DNA of 25,334 bases from Fimbriiglobus sp. (GTDB lineage: Bacteria > Planctomycetota > Planctomycetia > Gemmatales > Gemmataceae). Location of the stretch: the NCBI GenBank assembly GCA_043774415.1, contig JAYVTJ010000352.1, positions 1-25,334 of the forward strand, given 5' to 3'. This document shows, piece by piece, positions 7,074 through 16,584 of the stretch. Each line of letters begins with the position of its first letter. The stretch's first letter is position 1. The position numbers and the translations under genes are program-made. The notes under the pieces are model-generated. The model did no database searches, was not told the DNA's origin, and saw nothing but the letters and a program-made list of their open reading frames with translations.

Positions 7074-7826
7074 ATGACCCCGTCCCGCCGCCAGTTCTCG
7101 GCCCAAGTCCTCGGCTCGCTCGTCGCCTACGGGCTGATCGAAACGCTCTGGAGCCGCGACCTCTTCGCCGACAGCGTCAAGCCGACGATCGCCGCGTGGC
7201 TGAAGGACTTGTCGGAGATGACCAAAGAACTGAAGGGCCGGAAGCTCACCGACCTCGAGTTCCAGAAAAAGATGGAGGCGCTCTACCTCAAGGTCGATCT
7301 GAAGGCGCTCGTCGAACTCGTCAAGCTCGACGACATCGAGAAGAAGGTGAAGCTGCCGGAGAGCGGCGCGTCGAGTTCGGGGATCGACCTCAAGCAGATC
7401 GAAGGTCTCCCCGCGGACATCGGTTTCGGCCGGCAGATCTTCGGCTGCAAGAAGGGCCGCTCGATCGTCCCGCACGGGCACGTCAACATGTGCACGGGCT
7501 TCATCATTTTGAAGGGGAAGTGGGAAGGGAAACACTTCGACCGCGTCGAGACCCAGAAGGAGCACTTCATCATCAAGCCGACCATCGACAAGGCCTTCGG
7601 ACCGGGCGAAGTCTCGACCATCTCGGACCACAAGGACAACATCCACTGGTTCAAAGCGGTGTCCGAGACGGCTTACATCTTCAACGTCCACGTCATCGGC
7701 TACGATCCGAAGATCGAAGGCAACTCGGGTCGGATGTACTTGGATCCGGACGGCGAGAAGCTTTCGGACGGCCTGATCCGCGCTCCGCGGATCAGCTCGG
7801 AAGCGTGCCACAAGAAGTACGGGTGA
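7074..7826 (+). CDS. Twin-arginine-signal cupin protein resembling thiol dioxygenases (CDO/ADO/PCO-like), 250 aa
   Basis: SRRQF Tat motif followed by a hydrophobic stretch; IVPHGH.NM (H134, H136), DNIHWF (H191) and FNVHV..YD. Confidence 0.7.
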   Translation: MTPSRRQFSAQVLGSLVAYGLIETLWSRDLFADSVKPTIAAWLKDLSEMTKELKGRKLTDLEFQKKMEALYLKVDLKALVELVKLDDIEKKVKLPESGASSSGIDLKQIEGLPADIGFGRQIFGCKKGRSIVPHGHVNMCTGFIILKGKWEGKHFDRVETQKEHFIIKPTIDKAFGPGEVSTISDHKDNIHWFKAVSETAYIFNVHVIGYDPKIEGNSGRMYLDPDGEKLSDGLIRAPRISSEACHKKYG

Positions 7827-7829
7827 GGC

Positions 7830-8045
7830 TCACTGTCGCAGCAGCACATCCTTCGGCAATTCCGCAGGCGGGGCCGGGAAGAGCACCGGATCGCCGACCG
7901 ATGCCGGGCGCGGCGCCAGCCTCCCCTTGGCGCCCGGGACGTTGGCCGGATTCGCACTCGCGGGCGCTTTTTGGTAGTAGACCACGGCGATCATCAGGAC
8001 GGTCGCCAGCCCGGCCAGCAGGCCCATCTTCGCATCGTTCGCCAT
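7830..8045 (-). CDS. Small single-pass membrane protein, 71 aa
   Basis: MANDAKMGLLAGLATVLMIAVVYYQK is an N-terminal TM helix followed by a Pro/Ala-rich tail. It resembles the MxNDAKLG-type N-terminus I recall from planctomycete proteins. GGAG upstream. Confidence 0.65.
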   Translation of the reverse strand: MANDAKMGLLAGLATVLMIAVVYYQKAPASANPANVPGAKGRLAPRPASVGDPVLFPAPPAELPKDVLLRQ

Positions 8046-8203
8046 CGCAGGAGCCTCCCGGAAAGTGCGTCAGGGAATACTGACGCCCGGGAGTCGCGCG
8101 GCGCAGCGGACTTGAGCGGAACTCGTCGGATATCGGTTCGGCCCTCCGATACGTCCGCGCCACTCCGACGATGCGCCCCGGCGGATGCAATCCGCTCGGC
8201 CCG

Positions 8204-8209
8204 TAGAAT
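8204..8209 (+). promoter_or_regulatory. Possible -10 element TAGAAT upstream of the DcuC-family gene
   Basis: Near-consensus hexamer 30 nt before ATG 8239 in GC-rich DNA; no clear -35. Confidence 0.4.
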
Positions 8210-8238
8210 CGCTCCATCTTTCCACAACCGCGATCACC

Positions 8239-9549
8239 ATGATCCTCCTGCTCGCCGTCGCGATCGTGGTCGCCGCCATCGTCGCTTCGGCACGCGGGGT
8301 CGATGTCCGGCTCGCCCTGTTCGCAGCCGCGCTCGCCCTCGGCGCCCTCGGCGGCGATCTCCCGGCCATCGCGCGGGCCTTCTTCGACACCTTCAGCAGC
8401 GAGAAGTTCGTCGTGCCGATCTGCTCGGCGATGGGCTTCGCCTACGTGCTCAAGCGCACCGGCTGCGACACCCACCTCGTCCGGCTGCTCATGGCCCCGG
8501 TCCGGCGCATTCGAATCCTGCTCGTCCCCGGCGTCGTCGTCGTCGGGTTCATCGTGAACATCCCGCTCATCAGCCAGACGAGCACGGCCGTCTGCCTCGG
8601 CACCGTCGTCATCCCGCTGATGCGCGCGGCCGGGTATTCGATGCGGACCATCGGCTCGACGCTGATCCTCGGCGCGAGCATCGGCGGGGAACTGCTGAAC
8701 CCCGGCGCCCCGGAGCTGCTGACGGTGAAGCACTACACCGGCACCGACACGCAGATTCTCACGCACCGGTATCTGCCGCAGCTCGTGCTGCCGCTGCTCG
8801 GAGTCGCGGCGGTCGCCTTCTGGCTGCAGACGCTGTGGTTGGAGCGGAAGCGGTCGGTTGCGTTCGAAGTGGCTCCTGAGACAGCCGAACCGGTGAACCT
8901 TCTCCGCGCGCTGGTTCCACTCGTGCCCCTCGTATTGCTCGTGCTCGCGGGGCCGCCGTTCGATGTGGTCCGCATCCCCGACGACTGGGTCGCGCTGAAG
9001 CCGGACCTCGTGCGCAGCCGGCTGATCGGCCTCGCCATGCTCGTCGGCATCGCCGCGGCCGCACTCTCCGCACCGCGCGCGGCGAAGGACTGCATGCGGG
9101 CGTTCTTCGAAGGGGCGGGCTACGGCTTCGCGAATGTGGTCAGTATCATCGTGATCGCCACCTGCTTCGGCGAAGGCATCCGCGTCGTCGGCTTGGCCGA
9201 CGCGCTCGGGGCGATCATCCGCGACAATCCCGAGTTTCTCCAGCCGCTCGCGGCCGGGGTGCCGTGGGCCTTCGCGTGGGTGTCGGGCTCGGGGATGGCG
9301 AGTACGCAGTGCCTCTTCGGCTTCTTCGTCGAACCCGCGGCGAACCTGAATCAAGATGCGAATGCGGTCGGTGCGCTCGTGGCGGTGGGCGCCGCCGTCG
9401 GGCGGACGATGTCGCCGGTCGCGGCGGTGACGCTCATGACGGCCGCGCTCGTCGGCGAGAGTCCGCTGGCGCTCGCCAAGCGCATCGCCGGCCCGGCGCT
9501 GCTCGGGTTGGCCGCCGTCGTCGGGCTGCGGATGCTCGGCTGGGTGTGA
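8239..9549 (+). CDS. dcuC: C4-dicarboxylate transporter, DcuC family (IT superfamily), 436 aa
   Basis: About 11-12 hydrophobic segments; FV.PIC.AMGFAYVLK.TGCD.HLV.LL, LGASIGGELLNPGAPE, W.SGSG.A, G..GRTMSPVAAV. Family-level call; substrate not established. Confidence 0.75.
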   Translation: MILLLAVAIVVAAIVASARGVDVRLALFAAALALGALGGDLPAIARAFFDTFSSEKFVVPICSAMGFAYVLKRTGCDTHLVRLLMAPVRRIRILLVPGVVVVGFIVNIPLISQTSTAVCLGTVVIPLMRAAGYSMRTIGSTLILGASIGGELLNPGAPELLTVKHYTGTDTQILTHRYLPQLVLPLLGVAAVAFWLQTLWLERKRSVAFEVAPETAEPVNLLRALVPLVPLVLLVLAGPPFDVVRIPDDWVALKPDLVRSRLIGLAMLVGIAAAALSAPRAAKDCMRAFFEGAGYGFANVVSIIVIATCFGEGIRVVGLADALGAIIRDNPEFLQPLAAGVPWAFAWVSGSGMASTQCLFGFFVEPAANLNQDANAVGALVAVGAAVGRTMSPVAAVTLMTAALVGESPLALAKRIAGPALLGLAAVVGLRMLGWV

Positions 9550-9596
9550 CGCGACGTTCTGAAATTCCCCGCACAGGTTCAAACCGAGGATCGGCC

Positions 9597-12484
9597 GTGC
9601 TTCGACTTCCCTCTGTCGTTGTGTTCGTTCTGCTCGGCTCGTCGCAAGTCACCGTCGCGGCCGATTGGAAAGCCGATCCGCCGAAGGAAGTGAGCGACTG
9701 GAGGCCGTTCGCCGACGCCCTCAAGATGGGCGACGGCATCGCCCGGGTCACCTTCGCGGACAACTTCGGCCCCTACGCCGTGGTGGCTCGGCAGCCGAAG
9801 GCCGACCGCGTGATGATCGACCTGCGCACCGGCAAAGAGGCCGCGCGGTTGCCCAATGCGGACACGGCTTCGGCGGAGTATCCCGACATCCCTTCCCCGG
9901 ACGGCAAATACGCGGTCCGCAGTTTGGATAGGCTGCGGAATGAACTGGAGGTGACGACTGCGTCCGACGGCGCCGTGCGCACGCTGAAGCTGCCCCACGA
10001 TTGCGAGGATTACGCGTGGCTCGATGTGCAGCGGGTGCTCGTCGCCGACAACCGGGGGCTGATGATCGTCGATGCGGCCACGGCGACGGCCGGGAAGCCG
10101 ATGGCGTATCCGGCGTTCCCCGATCGGTCTTACCGCCACGGCAAGTTCCTCGCGGTCAGCCCCGGCGGCCGCTATGCGGCCTTCGCAACCTATCGCGGCG
10201 TGGCCCTGCTCGACACGGAAACCTCCAAGTTCGAGATCGCATACACGCTGCCGGAATTCGACCCGCGCGATCCGAAGCCGCGCGTGATGCCGGCCCTGGC
10301 CTTCTCGGCGGATGGAACGCAGTTCGCCTGCCTCACGGGGGCCGGCAACGGGGACGGGACTCTGCGCATCTGGGTCGCCGGAGGCGAACTGAGAACGGCG
10401 GCGGTCGTCCGCAAAACCACTCCGCCGTTCTCCGCGAAGTCCCTCCAGGCGATCCGCGGCGGCGGTTGGCTCGTGGACAACGAGAATCTACTGGACGCCG
10501 CGGGCGAAAGCGTCCGGATCGTCCCCGCCTTCTCTACGGACAACGGCTCGCGGCTGGCGCTCGACACAGAGACGCTGCTGGCGTTCGGATCGCCGATCCT
10601 CGGCGGGAAACCGGAACTCGGCGTGTCGCGTGGGAAAGGGGTGCGGGTGAAGCCGCTGCTCATCGGAGATTACCGGAGCGCCGCGGCGAAACCGGTGAAC
10701 TCCGAACCGTTCCTCGGCTCGTTCGAGCCGGCCCCGCCCGCAGCGACGCTGAAGCCGGCTCTCTGCAACCCGGATGACCCCCGTTCGTCGCGCTGCACGT
10801 CGCCCGCACGGGCCGGTGGGGCATCATCGAGCGGAACTTCTCCCGCGTTAAGGGGGCCGCGCTGAAGCCGTCGCTTTCCGTCTGGGACGGATCGGGCGTC
10901 GGGCCGCCCGCCGATTTGCCCGAGGGGCGGCGGGTCTTCGGCGAACTGTCCGGAGACGAGGGGTTCCTGACCACCGACGCAAACCCGGTCGCGCCGACGA
11001 CCCTCGCCTTCCACGGGTCGACGGGGGACTTGGTCTGCCGGTGGCGGCCGACGGAAGCGGGGAAGCCGGAGGTGGAGATCACCTACGCGGCCGTCGTCGG
11101 CAAGGGGCGGGTCGTCACGCTCGATCGCGCGGGACGACTTGTGGGTTGGCAGATCCCGCAGTGCCGGGCCGAGTGGACACTGGAACTTCCGGAAGCCACC
11201 AGGGCGACACTCTCTCCGAAGGGGGATCGGCTCGCCGTGGCATCCGCGAAGGGCATCCACATCGTGGACGCCGAATCCGGGAACGGTCTCGGCCTTCTGG
11301 CCGGCGACCCGCAGGAGGGCTCGTTCTCCGGCGCGATCGCCATCCGCGCCGACGGGATGCAGGTCGTCGCCGGCCGCGCGGGGGGGGTGGGCAACCGCTA
11401 CCGGGTCTGGAACCTCTCGGGGGAGCGCTCGGCCAAGAGCTTCACCGCGCCGTCCGGCGGCGGCCTGATCCACCTCGGGGGCGACCTGATCTTCAACGGC
11501 CTGCAGGCCATCGACGTGCGCCGCGAACTCGTGGTCTGGCAGTGCACCGACTTCCAGACGGGCCGCGCCGCCTCCCAGCCGTCGGACGGGCGCATCTGGC
11601 ACTTGGCGACCCAGGCCCAAGGGTTGATCTACGGCGTGCAGGCGCTGCGGTTCCCGCGCGTGGGCGTCGAGGGCCTGCTCGACGATATGGAGCAGTCGAA
11701 GGACCAGTTGATGCGGCCGGGGGACCGCGTCCGGCTCGAAGTCGATTTCCCCGGCGCGCCGGACCGGTACCGCCAGGCCGCGACGCAGGCCGCGCTGGGC
11801 CGGCTCGAGGCCCGGAATATCATCGTCGCCGAGGATGCCCCGTTGACGCTCGTACTCCGGGCGGTGGTCGTGCCGACCGGGGAGACCGTGAACCTGAGCT
11901 GGCAAGACTTGAAGAAGCTCGGGCAGCAAGAAACGCTCAAGCCCTACTCCGTGCGCTGCACCGCGGAGCTGCGCCCCGACGGACGACCCATTGTTGCGGG
12001 TCCGCCGCGCGAAGTGAAGATGGACTTGGGGCGGACCTACCAGACCATCGTCATCACCGACGACAGCAAGACGGCGAAGGAGTTCTTCGAGCGGCAGGTC
12101 TGGAATCAGGTCGTCGGCTGGGCGGCCTTCGCGGTGCCGGCGGGGCCGACGGCGACCACGGTCGGGGGGCAGGCGGTCACGCTCCCCCTCACCGGGCGCG
12201 TGAAGGGCGAGACGCTGCAGATCGACTGGCCGTTCGGGTACACGCCGCAGGCGGAGCCGGCCGAGCCTATTGACGGCGCGCCATTGCCGGACGCTGCTGC
12301 AAAGCGTCCCAAGTGGGTCTGGATCGCGGGCGGCTGCGGAACCGCGGTCGTGCTGTTCGCGGTCGCCGCGATCAGTCTGCTCCTCCGGAGGGCGCGGCGA
12401 AAGCCGGCTGTGCCGCCGACCCGGAAGCGGCCGCCGATCCTCAAGCCGAGCCGACGTCCGACCCTCGATCCGGACGACGAGTGA
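9597..12484 (+). pseudogene. Large exported, membrane-anchored WD40/YVTN-like beta-propeller protein (about 962 aa when repaired), split by a 1-nt frameshift at 10778-10782
   Basis: GTG start after GAGGA; signal peptide VLRLPSVVVFVLLGSSQVTVAA. Blade-like motifs (LAVSPGGRYAAF, LAFSADGTQFA, TLSPKGDRLAV, IAIRADGMQVV) occur in both halves. Adding one C to the C5 run joins ...CNPDD to PPFVALHVARTGRW..., which runs open into ORF 10916-12484. C-terminal TM (WVWIAGGCGTAVVLFAVAAISLLL) followed by RRARRK. Confidence 0.7.
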
Positions 12485-12503
12485 AACCTTCCTTCGTATC
12501 GGC

Positions 12504-12509
12504 TACAAT
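12504..12509 (+). promoter_or_regulatory. Possible -10 element TACAAT upstream of the SGNH hydrolase gene
   Basis: Near-consensus hexamer about 37 nt before ATG 12546; no clear -35. Confidence 0.4.
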
Positions 12510-12545
12510 CTCCCGCGTGCATCCCCCACCCGAAAGGCCTTTCCC

Positions 12546-13799
12546 ATGCGCTGTCTCGCCTTTGCCCTCTTCGCCGTCGTCCTCGCCGCGCCCGTGCGCG
12601 CCGAAGAACCGGCCAAGGAGTTCTTCTTCAAGCCGAACGACCGGATCGTCTTCCTCGGCGACAGCATCACCGAGCAGTACCAGTATTCGAGCACCATCGA
12701 ACTCTACCTGACGACGCGGATGCCCAAGGGGAACTTCGTCTTCCTCAACGCCGGCATCGGCGGCGACACGGCCGGCGGCGGCGCCGGACGATTCCAGACC
12801 CAAGTGCTCGACGAGAAGCCGACGGCCGTCACGATCAACTTCGGCATGAACGACGGCGGCTACGGCGCGTTCAATCCGACTTCGGCGAAGCAGTTCGTCG
12901 AGCGCACCAAGGCGATGCTCGATATGGCCCAGAAGGCCGGCGTCCGCGTCGCGGTCTGCACGCCCAACGCCGTGGATCGGCGGAGAAAGACCAACGGCAA
13001 GCAGTACCTCGAAACGCAGTTGCAGTTCTACGCGCCGCTGAAGGAACTCGCGGCCGCGCAGAAGGTGAGCTTCGCGGATCAGTACACCGTGACGCGCGCC
13101 GCCACCGAGAAGATGGAAGTCGCCGACCCCGAGGGGAAGGTCGCTCTGCCCTACGGTGATGGCTTCCACACCTCCCCGCCCGGCGGGTTGCTCATGGCCC
13201 ACGCCATCCTCACGCAACTGAATGCCCCGGCCGTCGTCAGCACGGCCTTCGTCAACGCCGGAGATCGGACGACCGCGGTTCCCAGCCCCGTCGGCTGCAA
13301 GATCACCGACGTGACCGCGGCCGACGGCGCCGTGAGCTTCACCCGCCTCGACGACGCCGTGCCGATGCCGATCCAGAAGGACTGGCTCTCGATGCTGCCG
13401 TACACCAACGACCTCAAGGATCTGAACCATTACGGCCTGACGGTGGCGGGCCTCAAGGACGGCGACTACGACATCGCCATCGACGGTGCGAAGGTGATGA
13501 AGGCGAGCGCCAAAGAACTCGGCGCCGGGGTGAACCTCGGCAACGTCACGACCGGCCCGATCTACGAGCAGGGCAACAAGGTCTGGCAGGCCATCAACGC
13601 CAAGAACACGATGGTGAAGGACCGCTTCTTCAGCGTCGTGCGGTTCAACGTCCCCGCGTGGGTCGAAGAAGCCGCACCCGGCGCCAAGGCCAAGGAGCTG
13701 GCGAAGCGGATGGAGAAGATCGACAAGGCCCAGGCCGACATCTACAAGTTGGCGACTCCGGTGGCGCACAAGTTCACGGTGACCCCGCTGGGGAAGTGA
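12546..13799 (+). CDS. Secreted SGNH/GDSL hydrolase family protein, 417 aa
   Basis: Signal peptide MRCLAFALFAVVLAAPVRA; block I IVFLGDSIT, block II NAGIGGDT, block III INFGMNDG, block V DGFH. Confidence 0.92.
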   Translation: MRCLAFALFAVVLAAPVRAEEPAKEFFFKPNDRIVFLGDSITEQYQYSSTIELYLTTRMPKGNFVFLNAGIGGDTAGGGAGRFQTQVLDEKPTAVTINFGMNDGGYGAFNPTSAKQFVERTKAMLDMAQKAGVRVAVCTPNAVDRRRKTNGKQYLETQLQFYAPLKELAAAQKVSFADQYTVTRAATEKMEVADPEGKVALPYGDGFHTSPPGGLLMAHAILTQLNAPAVVSTAFVNAGDRTTAVPSPVGCKITDVTAADGAVSFTRLDDAVPMPIQKDWLSMLPYTNDLKDLNHYGLTVAGLKDGDYDIAIDGAKVMKASAKELGAGVNLGNVTTGPIYEQGNKVWQAINAKNTMVKDRFFSVVRFNVPAWVEEAAPGAKAKELAKRMEKIDKAQADIYKLATPVAHKFTVTPLGK

Positions 13800-13800
13800 T

Positions 13801-14637
13801 ATGCCCGTGACGGCCACCCTCGTGCCGGATCGCCCCGCGATCCGGCTGTCGAGTTCGCTCACCCTGAAGGCCGCGTTCGAAGGGCCGGCCCCGCTGCGCG
13901 TCGAAGTCCCCGCCGAAGTCCTCTCCGACGAGTCCGCTCAAGTCTGGCAGATCGCCCCCGTCGGTTCCGCGAAGCTCGTCGAGCTCCCCGGCGGCACCCA
14001 GCGCTGGAGCCAGGATTTCAAGCTCTCGCCGTTCGCGCCGGGCGATGCCGTCCCGCTCGCACTGCGCGAGTTCTCGGTGACGGCCGGCGGCGATGCGGCG
14101 CCGAAATCGATCGCATTCCCCGCACTGACGATCCGCGTGGAAACGAGCATCAAATCGATCGGGATCGAGGAGGCCCGGCCGATCACCGGGATCGAGGAAC
14201 TGCCGCCGCTGCCGCCTAGGCCGGCGATTCCGCCGGGGGTGATCGGCTTCGCGATCGCCGTGGTTCTGCTGCTGCTCGTCGGCTCGTTCTTCGCGCTCCG
14301 CCGCCGGAGGCCGTTGCCGGAACTCCCGCCGGGCGAGCGGGCGCTGCGCGAATTGGATGCCCTCGTTCCCGATGCCACGCTGCCCGAAAAGCTGGCGGCG
14401 ATCCTGCGCGCGTTCGCCGCGGATGCGTTCGATCTCCCCGCCGAGACGATGACGACCGCCGAACTGGCGGAGGCCCACCCCGACGAAGAACTGCGCAGGT
14501 TGCTCGAAGCCTGCGACCGCGCCAGGTTCGCGGGAATCGCCTGGCGACCGGACGACGGCCCTCCACTGGCGGCGCGAGCACGGGCTTGGTTGGCGCGGGT
14601 TCGAAGTGGCGATTCGGGAACGCAAAAGCCCGCGTGA
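13801..14637 (+). CDS. BatD/DUF4381-like membrane protein (Ig-like domain + TM + helical C-terminal domain), 278 aa
   Basis: Beta-rich N-terminus (W.Q.F.L.PF.PG...L), PITGIEELP linker, TM helix VIGFAIAVVLLLLVGSFFAL-RRRR, C-terminal MTT.EL ... LL..CD.A.FA. Starts 1 nt after the SGNH stop. Confidence 0.65.
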   Translation: MPVTATLVPDRPAIRLSSSLTLKAAFEGPAPLRVEVPAEVLSDESAQVWQIAPVGSAKLVELPGGTQRWSQDFKLSPFAPGDAVPLALREFSVTAGGDAAPKSIAFPALTIRVETSIKSIGIEEARPITGIEELPPLPPRPAIPPGVIGFAIAVVLLLLVGSFFALRRRRPLPELPPGERALRELDALVPDATLPEKLAAILRAFAADAFDLPAETMTTAELAEAHPDEELRRLLEACDRARFAGIAWRPDDGPPLAARARAWLARVRSGDSGTQKPA

Positions 14638-14905
14638 CAATGGGTTGTGTCACACGAGCCATTTCCGGGTTAGCGTGTCTACCTCCGCCGATTGCACGAG
14701 CAGTACTCGCCTGATCGGAATCGCCCCCGCCAAGAACAGGAAGCTCAGGCTGATGTCGAGGGTCGGTAGGCGAAGTCGAACGTCCGCATCCGCGCGAGAG
14801 GGATGGGACGCAGCGCGGGAGAAAAAGGTTCGGGCGCCGCGCGGTGACGAGAATATGCTGCATGGGCGTGAAAACGGAGTCGCCATCGACCCGCGACCCG
14901 TCTCG

Positions 14906-16190
14906 TCAGCCCCGGAACTTCGCCAGATACGGCGCCGTCGCGCTCCCCGCCGCCCGCGCCACGTCCTGCGGGAACCCGGCCGCGACAACCCGACCGCCCT
15001 CCTCGCCGGCACCGGGGCCGACATCGATTACCCAATCGCTTCCCGAAACCACCCTCAGATCGTGCTCGACCACAACCGCAGTGTTGCCCGCATCGACGAG
15101 CCCCGCGAGCTGGACCATGAGGCGTTCCACATCCGCCGGGTGCAGCCCCGTCGTCGGCTCGTCGAGCACGTAGAGCGTCGTCCCCCGTTCCGCCCGTTGC
15201 AACTCGGTCGCGAGCTTGATCCGCTGGGCCTCCCCGCCGGACAGCTCGGTCGCCGACTGGCCGAGCCTCAAGTAGCCGAGCCCCACATCCCGCAGGACGC
15301 CCAGCGAACGGCGCACCTGCGGCTCCTCGCTCAGGAACTCCCAGGCCGCATCCACCGTCATCCCCAACACGTCGGCGATAGTCTTGCCGCCGTACTCGAT
15401 TTCGAGGGTCTCCGCGTTGTACCGCGTCCCGCGGCAGGTCGGGCACGGGCTGTACACGCTCGGGAGGAACAGGAGTTCGACCATCACGAATCCCTCGCCC
15501 GCGCACGTCGCGCACCGGCCCTTGGCGACGTTGAACGAAAACCGTCCGGCGTCGTACCCGCGGGCTTTGGCCGCTTTCGTCCCGGCGAAGAGTTTGCGGA
15601 CGTGATCGAAGAGCCCGGTGTAGGTGGCCAGATTCGACCGCGGCGTGCGGCCGATCGGCCTCTGGTCCACCACGACCAAACGCTTCACCGCTTCCAGACC
15701 CGAGACGATCCGGCCGCCGACCGGGATCGCGGAGGCCCGCTCCAGCTCCTCGCCTTCTTCCTCGGCTGAGGGAGCGGACTGTCCGAGATGCCCGGCCACG
15801 AGTTCCACGAGAGCCTGACCGACCAGGCTCGACTTCCCCGACCCGGACACGCCGGTCACCGCCGTGAGCACGCCGAGCGGAAATGCGGCGTCCAAACTGC
15901 GCAGGTTGTTCCGCGTGACCCCTTCGAATCGGAGCCACCCTTTCGGCTTTCGGGGCTCCCTTCTCGGAATTCTGCGATCGGGGAATAGGAAGGGACGCGT
16001 CCGCGATTCCGCGACGCTTCCGAGCCCGGCGGGCGGACCGCTGTAGAGGATGCGGCCACCCTGTTCGCCGGCGGGGGACATCGACGTCGATGCCTTTCAA
16101 GTTGTGCGTGCGGGCCCCGCGCACGGGGACGAATCCGTCGGCGGAGGGGTCTCGGGGCGTGCCGGGGGGAGTCGCATCGGTCTTTTTCAT
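14906..16190 (-). pseudogene. uvrA: UvrA-like (class II / DrrC-type) ABC ATPase with a large internal deletion
   Basis: The 5' fragment MKKTDA...GFVPVRGARTHNLKGIDVDVPR (UvrA N-terminus) is joined out of frame at 16071-16077 to AGEQGGRILYSG...GVTRNNL...GVSGSGKSSL...C.TC.G.G...C..C.G.RY...LSGGEAQRIKLA...YVLDEPTTGLH...GGRVVA.G, which is only the second ATPase domain. Confidence 0.85.
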
Positions 16191-16584
16191 TCGATGGCTC
16201 ATTGTCGCCGAGGTCGCACCGAGGACGCGGGCGCGGCTCACACCGCGACTTCGCCGCAAAGGGCAGCCCCAGCCGCGAGTCGAATGTGGCGTCGCACCGG
16301 CATCGTTCCGCAGGATCGCAAACGGCATGCCCGGCGTTTTCCGATCGCCTTCCGCATCAACGTGCTCCCAGGGAGACGGAGAGATTGCGCTCCGGCTTTT
16401 CGTCGCGGGAGTCTCGGTGATCCTCGCGGCCCGGATCCGCGTTTTTCAGCCGCAGGCCGTCGGAATGGGGGAGGCGGCTCCAGAAATGCAGTACGCCTTC
16501 GGTCTGCGCGATGCTGCGGATCACCACCGGTCCGGATGCGCCCGCAGCCGCTCCGGCTCCGTCGTCGGACCGGCGGCCTCCCGA

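Noticed and set aside
7792-9582. 596-aa minus-strand ORF, and similar shadows at 12441-13862, 16090-18288, 16238-18163 and 20731-21648
   Set aside because: They lie opposite or overlap clearly recognisable genes (dcuC, SGNH, protease, PSD1) and have no motifs of their own.
2708-12484. Programmed ribosomal frameshifting as the explanation for the NTase and beta-propeller frame breaks
   Set aside because: Neither site has a canonical slippery heptamer with a downstream stimulator; mutation or assembly error is simpler.
14650-14905. Small ORFs in the gap between the BatD-like gene and uvrA
   Set aside because: No recognisable motif, start signal or consistent codon pattern in any frame.
16191-16584. 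About 390-nt gap between the protease stop and the uvrA start as an ncRNA or gene remnant
   Set aside because: Only scattered GC-rich hairpins expected by chance; no riboswitch or SOS-box-like motif that I can recognise.
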